Shown here: positions 1 to 9,485 of the stretch, piece after piece
Numbering within the stretch: the first letter of the stretch is position 1
How the letters are laid out: each line of letters begins with the position of its first letter
Source of the DNA: Alphaproteobacteria bacterium
GTDB lineage: Bacteria > Pseudomonadota > Alphaproteobacteria > UBA9219
Reading direction: 5' to 3'
Assembly: GCA_028866275.1 (NCBI GenBank)
Contig: JAGWIK010000001.1
Location: 139,306-203,305 of the forward strand
DNA: 64,000 nt
The notes under the pieces: model-generated
What the model saw: only the letters and a program-made list of their open reading frames with translations
Database searches by the model: none
What the model was told of the DNA's origin: nothing
Position numbers and translations under genes: made by a program

Positions 1-2
1 CT

Positions 3-284
3 GACCGTGCTATTCTGTCGCCTTTATGGGGTGTGAATGCAGATTTTACCGAACACCCGATCAGCTACAGGGAAGCCTTGAATGGCTGGAAACTGGATAA
101 GGAAACGGCGCACGGAATACTCAACATATCCGGCGCATCGGCTTTGGCTGCCGGCGCCGTTCTGATGGATGCTTCCTCCTTCGGGGAAGAAAAGATTCCT
201 GACGATGTGCGACAGGCGATGCTGCGCGAAATTGCCGAGACAACGGATATCCTTAAATGTGCCGGAGGTTATTATGAGCCTTGA
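3..284 (+). CDS. hypothetical protein, probably the C-terminal part of a gene starting before the window
   Basis: The frame of the 33..284 ORF is open from the window edge (DRAILSPLWGVNADF...). Its stop overlaps the start of the next gene, as in an operon. Confidence 0.5.
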   Translation, partial: DRAILSPLWGVNADFTEHPISYREALNGWKLDKETAHGILNISGASALAAGAVLMDASSFGEEKIPDDVRQAMLREIAETTDILKCAGGYYEP

Positions 285-1407
285 TATTGTTCGCATCGAG
301 CTTTTTGTCATCGAATTGCCGCTTCTTAAACCCTTTACGACCAGCGTTGGCAGCGTTTATTCGCGCCGACTGGTTCTGGTCAAGATGACCGACCGGCAAG
401 GCGTTGTCGGCTGGGGCGAGGCTACGCCTCTTGCGGAACCGATCTACAAGCCAGATTATTTCGGCTCGACCCTGGCTGTGCTGGAGCAAATTCTGGCTCC
501 TGCGGTGCTGCGCCACGGTGTCTACGAAACACCAGAAGCATTGGATGACTCGTTGGCTTTTGTGCGCGGTCATTACTTTGCCAAGGCAGCACTGTCTATC
601 GCGGCTTATGACATTGCCGCGCAGAAGAAGAACCAGAATTTGGCCGAATATCTCGGCGCGACCAAGACGGAAGTTGCCCTGTCCCACACCATTGCCATCA
701 CCAAATCTCCGCAAGAGATGCTGGATGAGGCGGCCCAGGCTATTGAAGACGGCTATAAGGACATAAAACTGAAAATCGCGCCGCAGGCCGATTTGTCCTT
801 TGCTCGCGCGTTGCGTCATAAATATCCTGATCTTCCACTCATGGTCGATGCCAATGCAGCCTACCGCTATAATGACAACACATTGCGGCTATTCCGCGAG
901 ATCGACGAATTAAACTTCTTCTGTATCGAGCAGCCCTTGGACTGGAATGATCTTTACGACCATTCCCGCCTGCAGAAGCAGATCAGAACGCCCATCGCGC
1001 TGGATGAAAGCGTGGACTGCGTTCATGATCTTGAACAAGCTCTGGCACTACAAAGCGGTCGTCTGCTCAACATCAAGATATCGCGTGTGGGCGGGTTAAC
1101 AGCGGCAAAGCGTCTGTATGACCTGGGACGTCAAAGCAAAACCGGACTGTGGGTTGGAGGCATGATCGAAGGCCCGATCGGCTTGGCTTCTGTCATCGCT
1201 TTTAGCGCTTTGTCGGGGCTTGAGTATCCGGCTGACTTTATTGACTCGCATTATCTTATCGAAGGCTTTGCGGATTATTTTGATAAAGAACCGTACACGC
1301 TTGCCGACGGCAAACTGACGCCCCATTTTACAAGATCAGGGCTAGGGCTGGCAATTAATTACGATCATATTTGTCAAAAAGCCGTAACCTATCTATTGAC
1401 CTTCTGA
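274..1407 (+). CDS. enolase-superfamily o-succinylbenzoate synthase / N-acylamino acid racemase (OSBS/NAAAR-like)
   Basis: GGAGGT RBS before ATG 274. Motifs LPLLKPFTTS, GWGEA, catalytic KLK, metal ligands DAN / EQP / DES, second Lys in NIKISRVGG. Confidence 0.85.
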   Translation: MSLDIVRIELFVIELPLLKPFTTSVGSVYSRRLVLVKMTDRQGVVGWGEATPLAEPIYKPDYFGSTLAVLEQILAPAVLRHGVYETPEALDDSLAFVRGHYFAKAALSIAAYDIAAQKKNQNLAEYLGATKTEVALSHTIAITKSPQEMLDEAAQAIEDGYKDIKLKIAPQADLSFARALRHKYPDLPLMVDANAAYRYNDNTLRLFREIDELNFFCIEQPLDWNDLYDHSRLQKQIRTPIALDESVDCVHDLEQALALQSGRLLNIKISRVGGLTAAKRLYDLGRQSKTGLWVGGMIEGPIGLASVIAFSALSGLEYPADFIDSHYLIEGFADYFDKEPYTLADGKLTPHFTRSGLGLAINYDHICQKAVTYLLTF

Positions 1408-1416
1408 AAAAAAATC

Positions 1417-2196
1417 ATGCCCCATTTATTGTCTGCAAAAGAACCGAAATCTTTCAGAATGATACGGGAGAAGAGGGATCGGTCTTTTCTTTTCGTATGT
1501 GACCACGCCAGCAACAAAGTTCCATCCATATTAAATCACCTGGGCCTTCCTGACAGTGAGCTGGGGAGGCACATCGGTTACGATATAGGATCTGCACGTG
1601 TTACGGAAATTCTGGCGAACCAGCTGGGTGCTGCGGCTATTCTTCAAAATTACTCACGGCTTGTAATTGACTGTAACCGTTTTACGGACGAGCCGTCGTT
1701 GATACCTGAAGTCAGCGATGGGACAATTATCCCTGCCAATATTAATCTTTCCACTCAGGACAAAGCCGCGAGGATTGCAGAAATCTTTGATCCGTATCAT
1801 GAGGCCATCGCGGGCACACTGAAGCGCCTTGAGAAAAATAGCCCACCTGTCACGGTAGTGGCCATCCATAGCTTTACCCCTTGCTTGCAACAGAATGGTA
1901 CACAACGACCATGGCAGATCGGAGTTTTGTGGAGGAACGACAAAGAGTCTGCGCACAGGTTGATCAGTTTCCTGCAGCAGCATACGACATGGGCTGTTGG
2001 AGAAAATGAGCCGTATTCGATGATTAATGATAAGAGTTATACCATCAATAGCCATGCTGAAGCCAAAGGCAGGCCTGGGCTTCTTATTGAGATTCGACAA
2101 GATGAAATATCCACAGATGTTGGGCAACAGCGGGTTGCTGAGGTCTTGTGTGCTTTTTTTGACGATTGGGGCAAGAACCCCAAATGCCTCCGGTAA
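1417..2196 (+). CDS. N-formylglutamate amidohydrolase family protein
   Basis: CDHASN, HIGYDIG, SRLVIDCNR, PYH, HSFTP, NEPY and IEIRQD motifs. Confidence 0.9.
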   Translation: MPHLLSAKEPKSFRMIREKRDRSFLFVCDHASNKVPSILNHLGLPDSELGRHIGYDIGSARVTEILANQLGAAAILQNYSRLVIDCNRFTDEPSLIPEVSDGTIIPANINLSTQDKAARIAEIFDPYHEAIAGTLKRLEKNSPPVTVVAIHSFTPCLQQNGTQRPWQIGVLWRNDKESAHRLISFLQQHTTWAVGENEPYSMINDKSYTINSHAEAKGRPGLLIEIRQDEISTDVGQQRVAEVLCAFFDDWGKNPKCLR

Positions 2197-2237
2197 GTTC
2201 CGTGACAACAAGGAAACAACAAGGAAAAAGCACTCTT

Positions 2238-2296
2238 CCCCATAAAAAATAGGTTTTCTATCCTGACAGGGATAGCTGCGACTTTTTTTGATGGGG
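2238..2296. terminator. long imperfect hairpin between convergent genes (putative bidirectional terminator)
   Basis: Outer arms CCCCAT-A6 ... T7-GATGGGG enclose the inner hairpin CTATCC/GGATAG. Confidence 0.45.
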
Positions 2297-2304
2297 TTCT
2301 TGCG

Positions 2305-3150
2305 TCAGGGTTCGGCAAAAGGGTCTTTGACGTTAACGCCCGGTGGGATGATGCCGTTCGGGCGGCCGGGTTTGAGAAGATAAATGTCCTCGGCATTATC
2401 CAGCGTTCTTTGCGTTGCCATGATGTCGCGAATGGGGGCTCTTTCTCCGAAAATGTAACCTTCGTCACGATAACCATGCGCGCTGTCGCCGTGAATGTGG
2501 CGTATCCAGCAATTGCCGGGATTTTTCTCGGCTTCCAGCCATTCCGGCGCATAGCGCATCCACCCCATCGTTATCGCGCGGACCGTGACGCCGTGGTTGA
2601 TGATAACCGCATGGCGGATGTCGTGCTTGCGCCAATCATCCAGCAGTGTGCCGAAAAAATGTTTGACTCTGATGACGATGTCGATGCGGCTCTCGCCCAA
2701 AGGCGATTTGGCGTAAACTCGTCCATTGAAGTCAATATGCTTTTGATAATCGGCGGCCTCGTTCGGGTGCTGTTCCGTGTAGGAACCGTCATCCAGGCCA
2801 TCGAAAAGCCCTGCCTTTTGTTCAAATAAAAACGGATCCTCGCGATAGGTCAGGGTGCCTGAAGCATGATCAAATTTTCTGCCCAAGGGGCGCAGGACAT
2901 GAAAAGCCGTCTCGCGCGCGCGGTAATACGGGCTGTACCAGACGCGGATTTTCCCGAAATGCTCCGGGTCTTTCCCTTGCGCTTCGAGAAGATGGTTGGC
3001 AAGAAAATTACCGGCACTCTCGGCCTGCTCGACCCCTCTCTCCGTCAGGCGGATCGCATGATCTGCCTTGGTTTGATAAAGACGGCGATTAATATTGCCT
3101 TCGGTTTCGCCATGGCGAACAAGGTAGAGATTGATTTTACTGTCGGCCAT
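2305..3150 (-). CDS. histidine phosphatase (phosphoglycerate mutase-like) family protein
   Basis: LVRHGE motif, LTERGVEQA, SPYYRARET, GES and HG motifs. Confidence 0.9.
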   Translation of the reverse strand: MADSKINLYLVRHGETEGNINRRLYQTKADHAIRLTERGVEQAESAGNFLANHLLEAQGKDPEHFGKIRVWYSPYYRARETAFHVLRPLGRKFDHASGTLTYREDPFLFEQKAGLFDGLDDGSYTEQHPNEAADYQKHIDFNGRVYAKSPLGESRIDIVIRVKHFFGTLLDDWRKHDIRHAVIINHGVTVRAITMGWMRYAPEWLEAEKNPGNCWIRHIHGDSAHGYRDEGYIFGERAPIRDIMATQRTLDNAEDIYLLKPGRPNGIIPPGVNVKDPFAEP

Positions 3151-3324
3151 TTTGACTTCTTTCTAACAGACAAAACCGTAATATGGGCTGTAAGCTTAGG
3201 CCATCTTCGGTGTTGTGCGAACATAAAATTGGGGTCCGGACATTAACCATAATGCTGCGGCGCGCTGGATTATATTGCCTGGCATATCTGTTCTTGGTAG
3301 CGTTTTGGGGTATTGGAATAACGG

Positions 3325-4407
3325 ATGGACATGATGTCGCAAGGCGAAAAAGAACAAGGTCTTCTGGAACGGGCTTATCTAGCATTTGATCGAGCAGGAC
3401 GAAATATGCATAAACCGGCGCCATTTCCTGATGCGCCCCATGATGCGGCCAAACACATTCAGCAGGCGATCGCCTATGCGCGCGAGAACCCAGTTATCGA
3501 TCTAGATGAAGCCATAAGTAAGGTAAATGCAGGAGAAGCGCCGCCGTCTCTTAACAATCCCATCCTGCAAATTATGAGTGATATTTGGGGCGACATGGAC
3601 GAAGACGCAGGCATTGGCGGTCTCAAGAGAGAGCCGGGTGCGATGACGTTAGTCGATAGGTTGCGCGAGGCAGGAAATCCGCAGACAGAAAAAGAAATTA
3701 CGCTCGCGCGTATCCACGATGTTTTTGATGATTTGCAGATTGGTGGCACAATTGGCTTGCTTATGAAGGATAGTATGCAGGGAAAGGTCGTTTACGGTGA
3801 GATCTCGCCTGAAGATGCTAACAAAATCCTCGACTATCCTCAGGCCATCCTGCAAATCGCGGAGATACATAAAAAAGCTTATGATATGCAACGGCGTTGT
3901 ACGTTGCTGCATCTTGCGGAAAAGGGTGGTTTTGTTCCCGAAATAGTCGGCGCCTATGCTGACAAAGCGTCAACCCAATATCTGGCAGATTTGGGGGTTC
4001 CGGAACTTATCAAGAATGCCGCGACTGCGTCAAAGGATGCGCGCAGAAAGTTGAATAAACAAATTAGATGGGTGATGGCGCCGACGACTTTTGTCGGTGG
4101 TGTAATCGGCGAAACCATACTGTCCCACATCTTCGAATTGTCGAGTCCGCTAAGCTCTGTGGGCGGGTATGTCGATGGCATTATTTGCTACCTGCCTGGG
4201 GCGGTTCTTTTCGGGGCAGCTGCACATCTTGTTTTGAGAAATGGCAAGCCTGCAAGGAATCTTGCGGCCATCAGAAAACCGGTGTTGGTCATCAATGAAT
4301 ATATTCAGGGTGGTTACAAGACAGCGCTGCGGCCGGGGTCGGTGCGCGATGCTGCTGTGGAATTACGGGACGTTCTCAACAAAATACAGCCATCAATACC
4401 GGGCTAG
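3325..4407 (+). CDS. orphan hypothetical protein with two C-terminal hydrophobic segments
   Basis: 360-aa ORF with no recognised motif. Hydrophobic stretches WVMAPTTFVGGVIG and GIICYLPGAVLFGAAAHLV. Confidence 0.7.
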   Translation: MDMMSQGEKEQGLLERAYLAFDRAGRNMHKPAPFPDAPHDAAKHIQQAIAYARENPVIDLDEAISKVNAGEAPPSLNNPILQIMSDIWGDMDEDAGIGGLKREPGAMTLVDRLREAGNPQTEKEITLARIHDVFDDLQIGGTIGLLMKDSMQGKVVYGEISPEDANKILDYPQAILQIAEIHKKAYDMQRRCTLLHLAEKGGFVPEIVGAYADKASTQYLADLGVPELIKNAATASKDARRKLNKQIRWVMAPTTFVGGVIGETILSHIFELSSPLSSVGGYVDGIICYLPGAVLFGAAAHLVLRNGKPARNLAAIRKPVLVINEYIQGGYKTALRPGSVRDAAVELRDVLNKIQPSIPG

Positions 4408-4421
4408 ATATCCAAAAAATA

Positions 4422-5593
4422 ATGCAGGCAATGCAACAATATTTTCGACCCCAGATTAACACGTTTACAGACAAGGCCAACTTCGTTTTGTATGGGGCTG
4501 CCGGCGCAGCTTTATGCGTGGGGGTCGAATATGCGACCAATATGCCGAAGTTAGTCATGGGGGCGGCATTTGTTGCCGCTGCTGCTTTCAACTATTTTCA
4601 TACAGTGGGGGCAAACTATATTTTGGATAGAAATTTTCCTCCCACGCCGGAAAAGAAATTGCCTGCCGGGTCAGAAGATTTACCCAATATGATGACGGGG
4701 GTCTCAGAAAAACTCGATGTTTCCTTGCCGCATCTTCATGTCATTGAGGAAAGAAAAGATAACTGGCTTAGTGAAAAGAATGGAATATTTTTGGAGGATG
4801 ATGTCAGGCCATTCACAAAAGACGACATCCGCAGTTACCGTGAACTGGAAGCAGCTGCACTCCTCAGAATAAACGCGAACGCCATGACCTATGGCACCAA
4901 AAAAACGGGCGTGATTGTTCAGGCAAGCTTGTAAAACTCCTGTTGCCTGAGGATAAGGCGTTTCTCATAGCGCATGAGCTCGGACATCAGGCGGCACGTC
5001 ATTTGTCAAAAGCGCGCGCCATTGCCATACTTGCGACGACGGCCAGTTATACCGGCTTCGCCAATTTTATCCTGACGACTTTCAGTAATTGGACGGGGTG
5101 GATGGCGCCTGCCTCGGGGATGGGTATCGCTTTAGGGTCGAGTTGGGCGTTGCCCAAAGTTCTACCTGACTCTGTGTGGAATAAGCATGGCCCTGTTCTG
5201 AAGTTTGCCAGCCCCGCACTTGGTATTGGGGCCATATTGGGCGTTTCTTATCTTAGCCATAATCCGCAGATTGCTGCGGCTTGGGGAATGGCGCTCGCTA
5301 CAAACCTAACGGCAAAAATGGTGTATGCGGGGTATAGCAGGGAAAATGAATTTCAAGCTGATCGCATCGGCGCGGAAACCATCGGCAATCCGCAACAGGC
5401 AGCCATAAGTTTGCAAAATATTCACGAGCATCTTCAGGTAAATGCGGACAAAGCTGCGGCGGGCACAGCTTTAAAAAAGACTTTGATACTTTGGGCGTTT
5501 GAAAGAGCGAAAGAACTTTTTTCCGAGAGCCCTCTCATAGACAAACGCATCAAGCGTTTGGAAAGAATGTCGATGACGCCCCCGATGCCTTAA
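4422..5593 (+). pseudogene. frameshifted M48/HtpX-like membrane zinc metalloprotease (pseudogene or sequencing error)
   Basis: ORF1 carries NANAMTYG; ORF2 carries AHELGH, SRENEFQADRIG and P-x-I-x-x-RI. A 1-nt shift near 4899-4920 joins them. Confidence 0.75.
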
Positions 5594-5744
5594 GGGCTAA
5601 TGGCCCTGTCCGAATACGATGCTTTTTCGGTAAGGTAGGGGCATTATTACACTGTAATAAAATCTGTGGGTAACAGTGGGGGTTCTGGTCTTTTGGTGTT
5701 ACTCGATGTAATCTAACACACTGATTGTGTTTATTTATCTTGCG

Positions 5745-5789
5745 TTGACATGGTAGGGGTCACAGGTTCAATCCCTGTCGCGCCCACCA
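5745..5789 (+). repeat. att site: 3' half of tRNA-Val(GAC)
   Basis: TTGACAT-GGTAG-GGGTC-ACAGG-TTCAATC-CCTGT-CGCGCCC-ACCA corresponds to anticodon loop, T-arm, acceptor strand and CCA. The 5' half (D-arm, 5' anticodon stem) is absent. Confidence 0.85.
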
Positions 5790-5900
5790 TCTAAATCAAA
5801 AGCTTAGATGGTGTTTTGAATTTAGCCTTAAAATTTGGGGCAGTATCCGGGGCAGTAACCCCCTCATCCTCATCGGTTTCGCTAATTATCCGTAATCCAA

Positions 5901-7274
5901 TCATCTGTAATCCGACGTCTTGGCTGCTGACGGCGCAGGGCGGGCGCATCCATTTTTTTCCTTTGTGATGATGCGTGCGACATCGGCTGCTTGTTCGCGC
6001 AATTCCGGAACCGCGATTGATTCATACAATTTGCCTTTCAACAGGCTTCCAAGAACGTACAGGCCGTCGACTTTGTGGCCGGCAGCGTTGCAGGCAGTGT
6101 AATCTTCAGACTCAATGCCGAGCCGGAGATCGTCGGCGGTAATAAGATTGGCTTTCAGCAGATTCTGCACAAGCGGGTCGCCAAGCCTGCGGAAGTCGGC
6201 CTGAGGCCCCGTGCAGCGTACGATTTTCTGAACGGCGAGCGTTTCCGGCGACATCGACCCGCGCGGACGCCAAAGAACATCCACGCCTTTTTCGTGGGTC
6301 GTTTGTTTGATGATCGTGCCGTGATGGAGCGCCAGCCTTCCCGCCTGTTCCAATCCGCGATAGGCGTCCATGATTTTGGGCGCGCAGCGATGGCGATGCA
6401 CATCCCAATAAGCCCGCAAGTGCCTCATAAATCTGCGCTGTTCGTCACGATTTAACGATTGCCAGAGCTGTTGATTCAAGGGGCGCAGGGAATCGATGAC
6501 GGCCTGCCACGGCGTGTCCGGCGCGTCGGCGATTTCCTGGCGTATCCATTTGCACAAGCCAAGCGCTGTCGCGGGATAAGGCGGCCGCATCTTCAGTATA
6601 TGGGATTCCGGATTCGTATGTTCGCGCGGTAACAAGCCGTGTCGCGATAGAAGATGTATTTTGCCGGTCTGTTTGGTTTTTGCCATCGTAACGACCAGAT
6701 CAAGGCTGGTCAGCCCTGTGCCGACAATCAAAATATCCCCGTGGCCGGCCAGGTCTTTCCATGTTTCCGGCGCATAAGGGTTCATCTCGTCTGCGTTGCC
6801 GGAAAGTTGGTCCGGCGGGAAATTGCCCAGAGCCAGAACGATGCTTTCCGATGTCAGAATCCGGCCATCGTCGGAGCGCAATTCAAAACCGTTCTGAAGC
6901 TGCCGGACATCTGCGATGCGGCGCGTCAACAGGCTCAGTCGCGGATTTGCGGCACGGGCCTGGGCCAGAATTTCGCCCAGATAACGCCCGTAAACCATGC
7001 GCGGCGCGAAATCCTGTCTGGACAAGTTGATGTCAGGCTGCGCCTCGAGCCAATGCCAGAAATGGCGTTGATCATCTGCGAACGCGCCCATTTGCTCGGC
7101 CCGCACATTTAAAAGGTGATCGGGGTCAGTGGTGCCATAGGCAAGCCCGCGGCCCGGGATGGGGTTTCTTTCAATAAGGGCCACGGGCATGTCCGGAGCA
7201 AGCCGCGCAAGATGGACGGCGACCATCGTGCCGCAGAAGCCGGCGCCGATAATGGCAACTTTATAGTCCGGCAT
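5901..7274 (-). CDS. FAD/NAD(P)-binding protein (YdhS-like oxidoreductase)
   Basis: GAGFCG, GRGLAYG, HLLNV, GTGLTSLD, LSRHG, WDVHRHR and YESIAVPELR motifs. Confidence 0.85.
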   Translation of the reverse strand: MPDYKVAIIGAGFCGTMVAVHLARLAPDMPVALIERNPIPGRGLAYGTTDPDHLLNVRAEQMGAFADDQRHFWHWLEAQPDINLSRQDFAPRMVYGRYLGEILAQARAANPRLSLLTRRIADVRQLQNGFELRSDDGRILTSESIVLALGNFPPDQLSGNADEMNPYAPETWKDLAGHGDILIVGTGLTSLDLVVTMAKTKQTGKIHLLSRHGLLPREHTNPESHILKMRPPYPATALGLCKWIRQEIADAPDTPWQAVIDSLRPLNQQLWQSLNRDEQRRFMRHLRAYWDVHRHRCAPKIMDAYRGLEQAGRLALHHGTIIKQTTHEKGVDVLWRPRGSMSPETLAVQKIVRCTGPQADFRRLGDPLVQNLLKANLITADDLRLGIESEDYTACNAAGHKVDGLYVLGSLLKGKLYESIAVPELREQAADVARIITKEKNGCARPAPSAAKTSDYR

Positions 7275-7401
7275 GGTGCTGTGCTTTCTTTAACGATTGG
7301 CTTGGCGATGGTTGCCGCCGTTACTGGCGGGCGGCGCCTTGTCGTGGCAGTGAGGAGGGGTAAAGGGCGAGGTAAGGGGGGTAAGCGTAACTTTTCGGAT
7401 T

Positions 7402-7441
7402 TTGACACGCCAGAGGGCGCGAACTCAATCCCTGTTGTGCC
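7402..7441 (+). repeat. degenerate second copy of the tRNA-Val 3' half (old att site)
   Basis: Ungapped manual alignment to 5745-5784 gives 28/40 identities, including TTGACA and TCAATCCCTGT. Confidence 0.65.
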
Positions 7442-7560
7442 GCCGCCGTTATCGCGGCTTTTTCTTTGGAAAAACCCGTCGTTGTGGGTTGCGTTTGGGG
7501 GCGCGGCCCTATACACCCCACGGGACGTTTTGCCAATCCTGACGAAAGAATATAACGCCC

Positions 7561-9411
7561 ATGCTCTCGCTTCAGAGCCTTTCCTACCGCGTCGGCGGAC
7601 GCACGCTGCTTGACGATGTTTCGGTTAATATTCCGGCGGGCTGGCGTATCGGGCTGGTCGGGCCGAATGGCGCGGGCAAGACGACTTTATTCAAGATTAT
7701 CGCCGGCGATCTGGCCCCCGACGGCGGCGCGGTTTCCTTTATCAAGGGCGCAAGCCTTGGCATGGTGCGTCAGGATTTGCCGAATGACGATACCACCATT
7801 CTGGATGTCGTGCTGGCGGCCGACACCGAACGCGCCGCTTTGATGAAGGAGGTTGAGACGACCGAGGATATGGACCGCATCGGCTATATTTACGACCGGC
7901 TTAACGAAATCGGGGCGTACGAAGCGCCGTCGCGCGCGGCGTCTATTCTGGCGGGGCTGGGGTTCAGCGATGCGGCGCAGAACAGCGCCATTTCTTCTTT
8001 TTCCGGCGGGTGGCGGGCGCGCGTGGCCTTGGCCGCCGCGTTGTTTTTACAGCCGAATGTTTTGCTGCTGGACGAACCGACCAACCATCTGGATTTTGAA
8101 TCCCTTGTTTGGCTGGAAAATTTCATGATGCGGTACAGCCAGACTTTGATTGTCATCAGCCACGACCGCGATATTCTGAACAAGACCGTCGATCATATTT
8201 TGCATCTGGAAAACCAGAAATTGACGCTTTACACCGGCAATTACGACCAGTTCGAACGCGAACGCGCGCAGAAATTGATGAACCAGCAATCGCTGCATGA
8301 AAAGCAAATGGCGCACAAAGCGCATTTGATGAAATTCGTCGACCGTTTCCGCGCATCCGCTGCCAAGGCGCGGCAGGCGCAAAGCCGTTTGAAGGCGATC
8401 GAACGCATGGACATCGTCGACGCCGTGATTGCGGAACGCGTGACCGCGTTTACCTTTCCGCAACCCAAGGAATTGAAACCGCCGATGATCCGGCTCGACC
8501 ATGTCGATGCCGGCTATGTCGCGGGGTCGCCGGTGCTGCGCGGATTGAATCTGTCGATTAACCCGCAGGACCGCATCGCCTTGCTGGGGGCGAACGGCAA
8601 CGGCAAATCGACCCTGATCAAGATATTGTCGGGGCGGTTGCAGCCGATGACGGGAACCATGTTCCGGTCGGGCCAGTTGAAGATCGGCTATTTCGCGCAG
8701 TTCCAGACCGACGAGCTGGATGTCGAGCTGACGCCGTTCGAAGCGTTGCGCGCCGCGATGAACGAACCGTCCGAAGTCAAGGTGCGCGCGATGCTGAGCG
8801 GGTTCGGTTTCACCAAAAGCAAGGCCGACACCAAGATAGGCGGGCTGTCGGGCGGCGAAAAAGCGCGGTTGCTGTTCTGCATGATGAGCTTCGACCAGCC
8901 GCATATTATGTTGCTGGACGAACCGACCAACCATTTGGACATGGATGCGCGGCAGGCCTTGATTCAGGCGTTGAACGATTACACCGGCGCGGTGATTATC
9001 GTCAGCCATGACACTCATCTGGTCGAACGCGTCGCCGATCAGCTATGGCTGGTCGCCGACGGCAAGTGCCAGCCTTTCGACGACGATCTGGACGCCTATC
9101 GCAAGCTGGTAATCAAGCAGCGGCGTCAGGAACGCGAAAAATTGCGGCAGGCGGTGCGCGCGGGCAAGGCGGCGGACGAGCCGCGGGGCGACGAATCCGC
9201 CGCCGACATCGAACGCGATATAAAAAAGCAGGAAGATGCGATTGCCGGGCTGACACAGCGCAAGCATATGCTGGAAGGCGATATCGCCCAGTGTTTCGAG
9301 CAAGGCAAGGACGCCAAACATCTGGCGCAGTTGAACGCGGCCTATGAAAAAACCGTGGCCGAACTGGCGGCGGCGGAAGAGGCGTTGCTGGCGTTGATGG
9401 AGAGGGCTTGA
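7561..9411 (+). CDS. ABC-F family ATP-binding protein
   Basis: Two ABC domains (GPNGAGKT, GANGNGKS, LDEPTNHLD twice), no transmembrane segment, C-terminal coiled coil. Confidence 0.95.
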   Translation: MLSLQSLSYRVGGRTLLDDVSVNIPAGWRIGLVGPNGAGKTTLFKIIAGDLAPDGGAVSFIKGASLGMVRQDLPNDDTTILDVVLAADTERAALMKEVETTEDMDRIGYIYDRLNEIGAYEAPSRAASILAGLGFSDAAQNSAISSFSGGWRARVALAAALFLQPNVLLLDEPTNHLDFESLVWLENFMMRYSQTLIVISHDRDILNKTVDHILHLENQKLTLYTGNYDQFERERAQKLMNQQSLHEKQMAHKAHLMKFVDRFRASAAKARQAQSRLKAIERMDIVDAVIAERVTAFTFPQPKELKPPMIRLDHVDAGYVAGSPVLRGLNLSINPQDRIALLGANGNGKSTLIKILSGRLQPMTGTMFRSGQLKIGYFAQFQTDELDVELTPFEALRAAMNEPSEVKVRAMLSGFGFTKSKADTKIGGLSGGEKARLLFCMMSFDQPHIMLLDEPTNHLDMDARQALIQALNDYTGAVIIVSHDTHLVERVADQLWLVADGKCQPFDDDLDAYRKLVIKQRRQEREKLRQAVRAGKAADEPRGDESAADIERDIKKQEDAIAGLTQRKHMLEGDIAQCFEQGKDAKHLAQLNAAYEKTVAELAAAEEALLALMERA

Positions 9412-9485
9412 GACGTTGACAGCTTCTTCGCGTTTTGGGACTGTCTGCGTGAAAATCAGGCCCTGACTCCGGGGAGGGGAAGAAG

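Larger units (their letters stand above)
1..5789. mobile_element. right end of a genomic island integrated at tRNA-Val(GAC)
   Basis: AT-richer, orphan-rich block ending at a 3' tRNA fragment. The integrase and the intact tRNA are not in the window. Confidence 0.7.

Noticed and set aside
4899-4906. Programmed -1 frameshift at A AAA AAC, or stop-codon readthrough
   Set aside because: The heptamer is out of phase with ORF1 codons, the stop is TAA, and ORF2 is in a different frame.
5715-5789. Complete tRNA-Val gene
   Set aside because: The upstream sequence lacks the 5' acceptor strand, the D-arm and the CTACC stem partner. Only the 3' half is present.
7321-7536. Small ORF or riboswitch upstream of the oxidoreductase
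   Set aside because: Better explained by the degenerate att site and arm-like repeats. No known aptamer pattern was seen.
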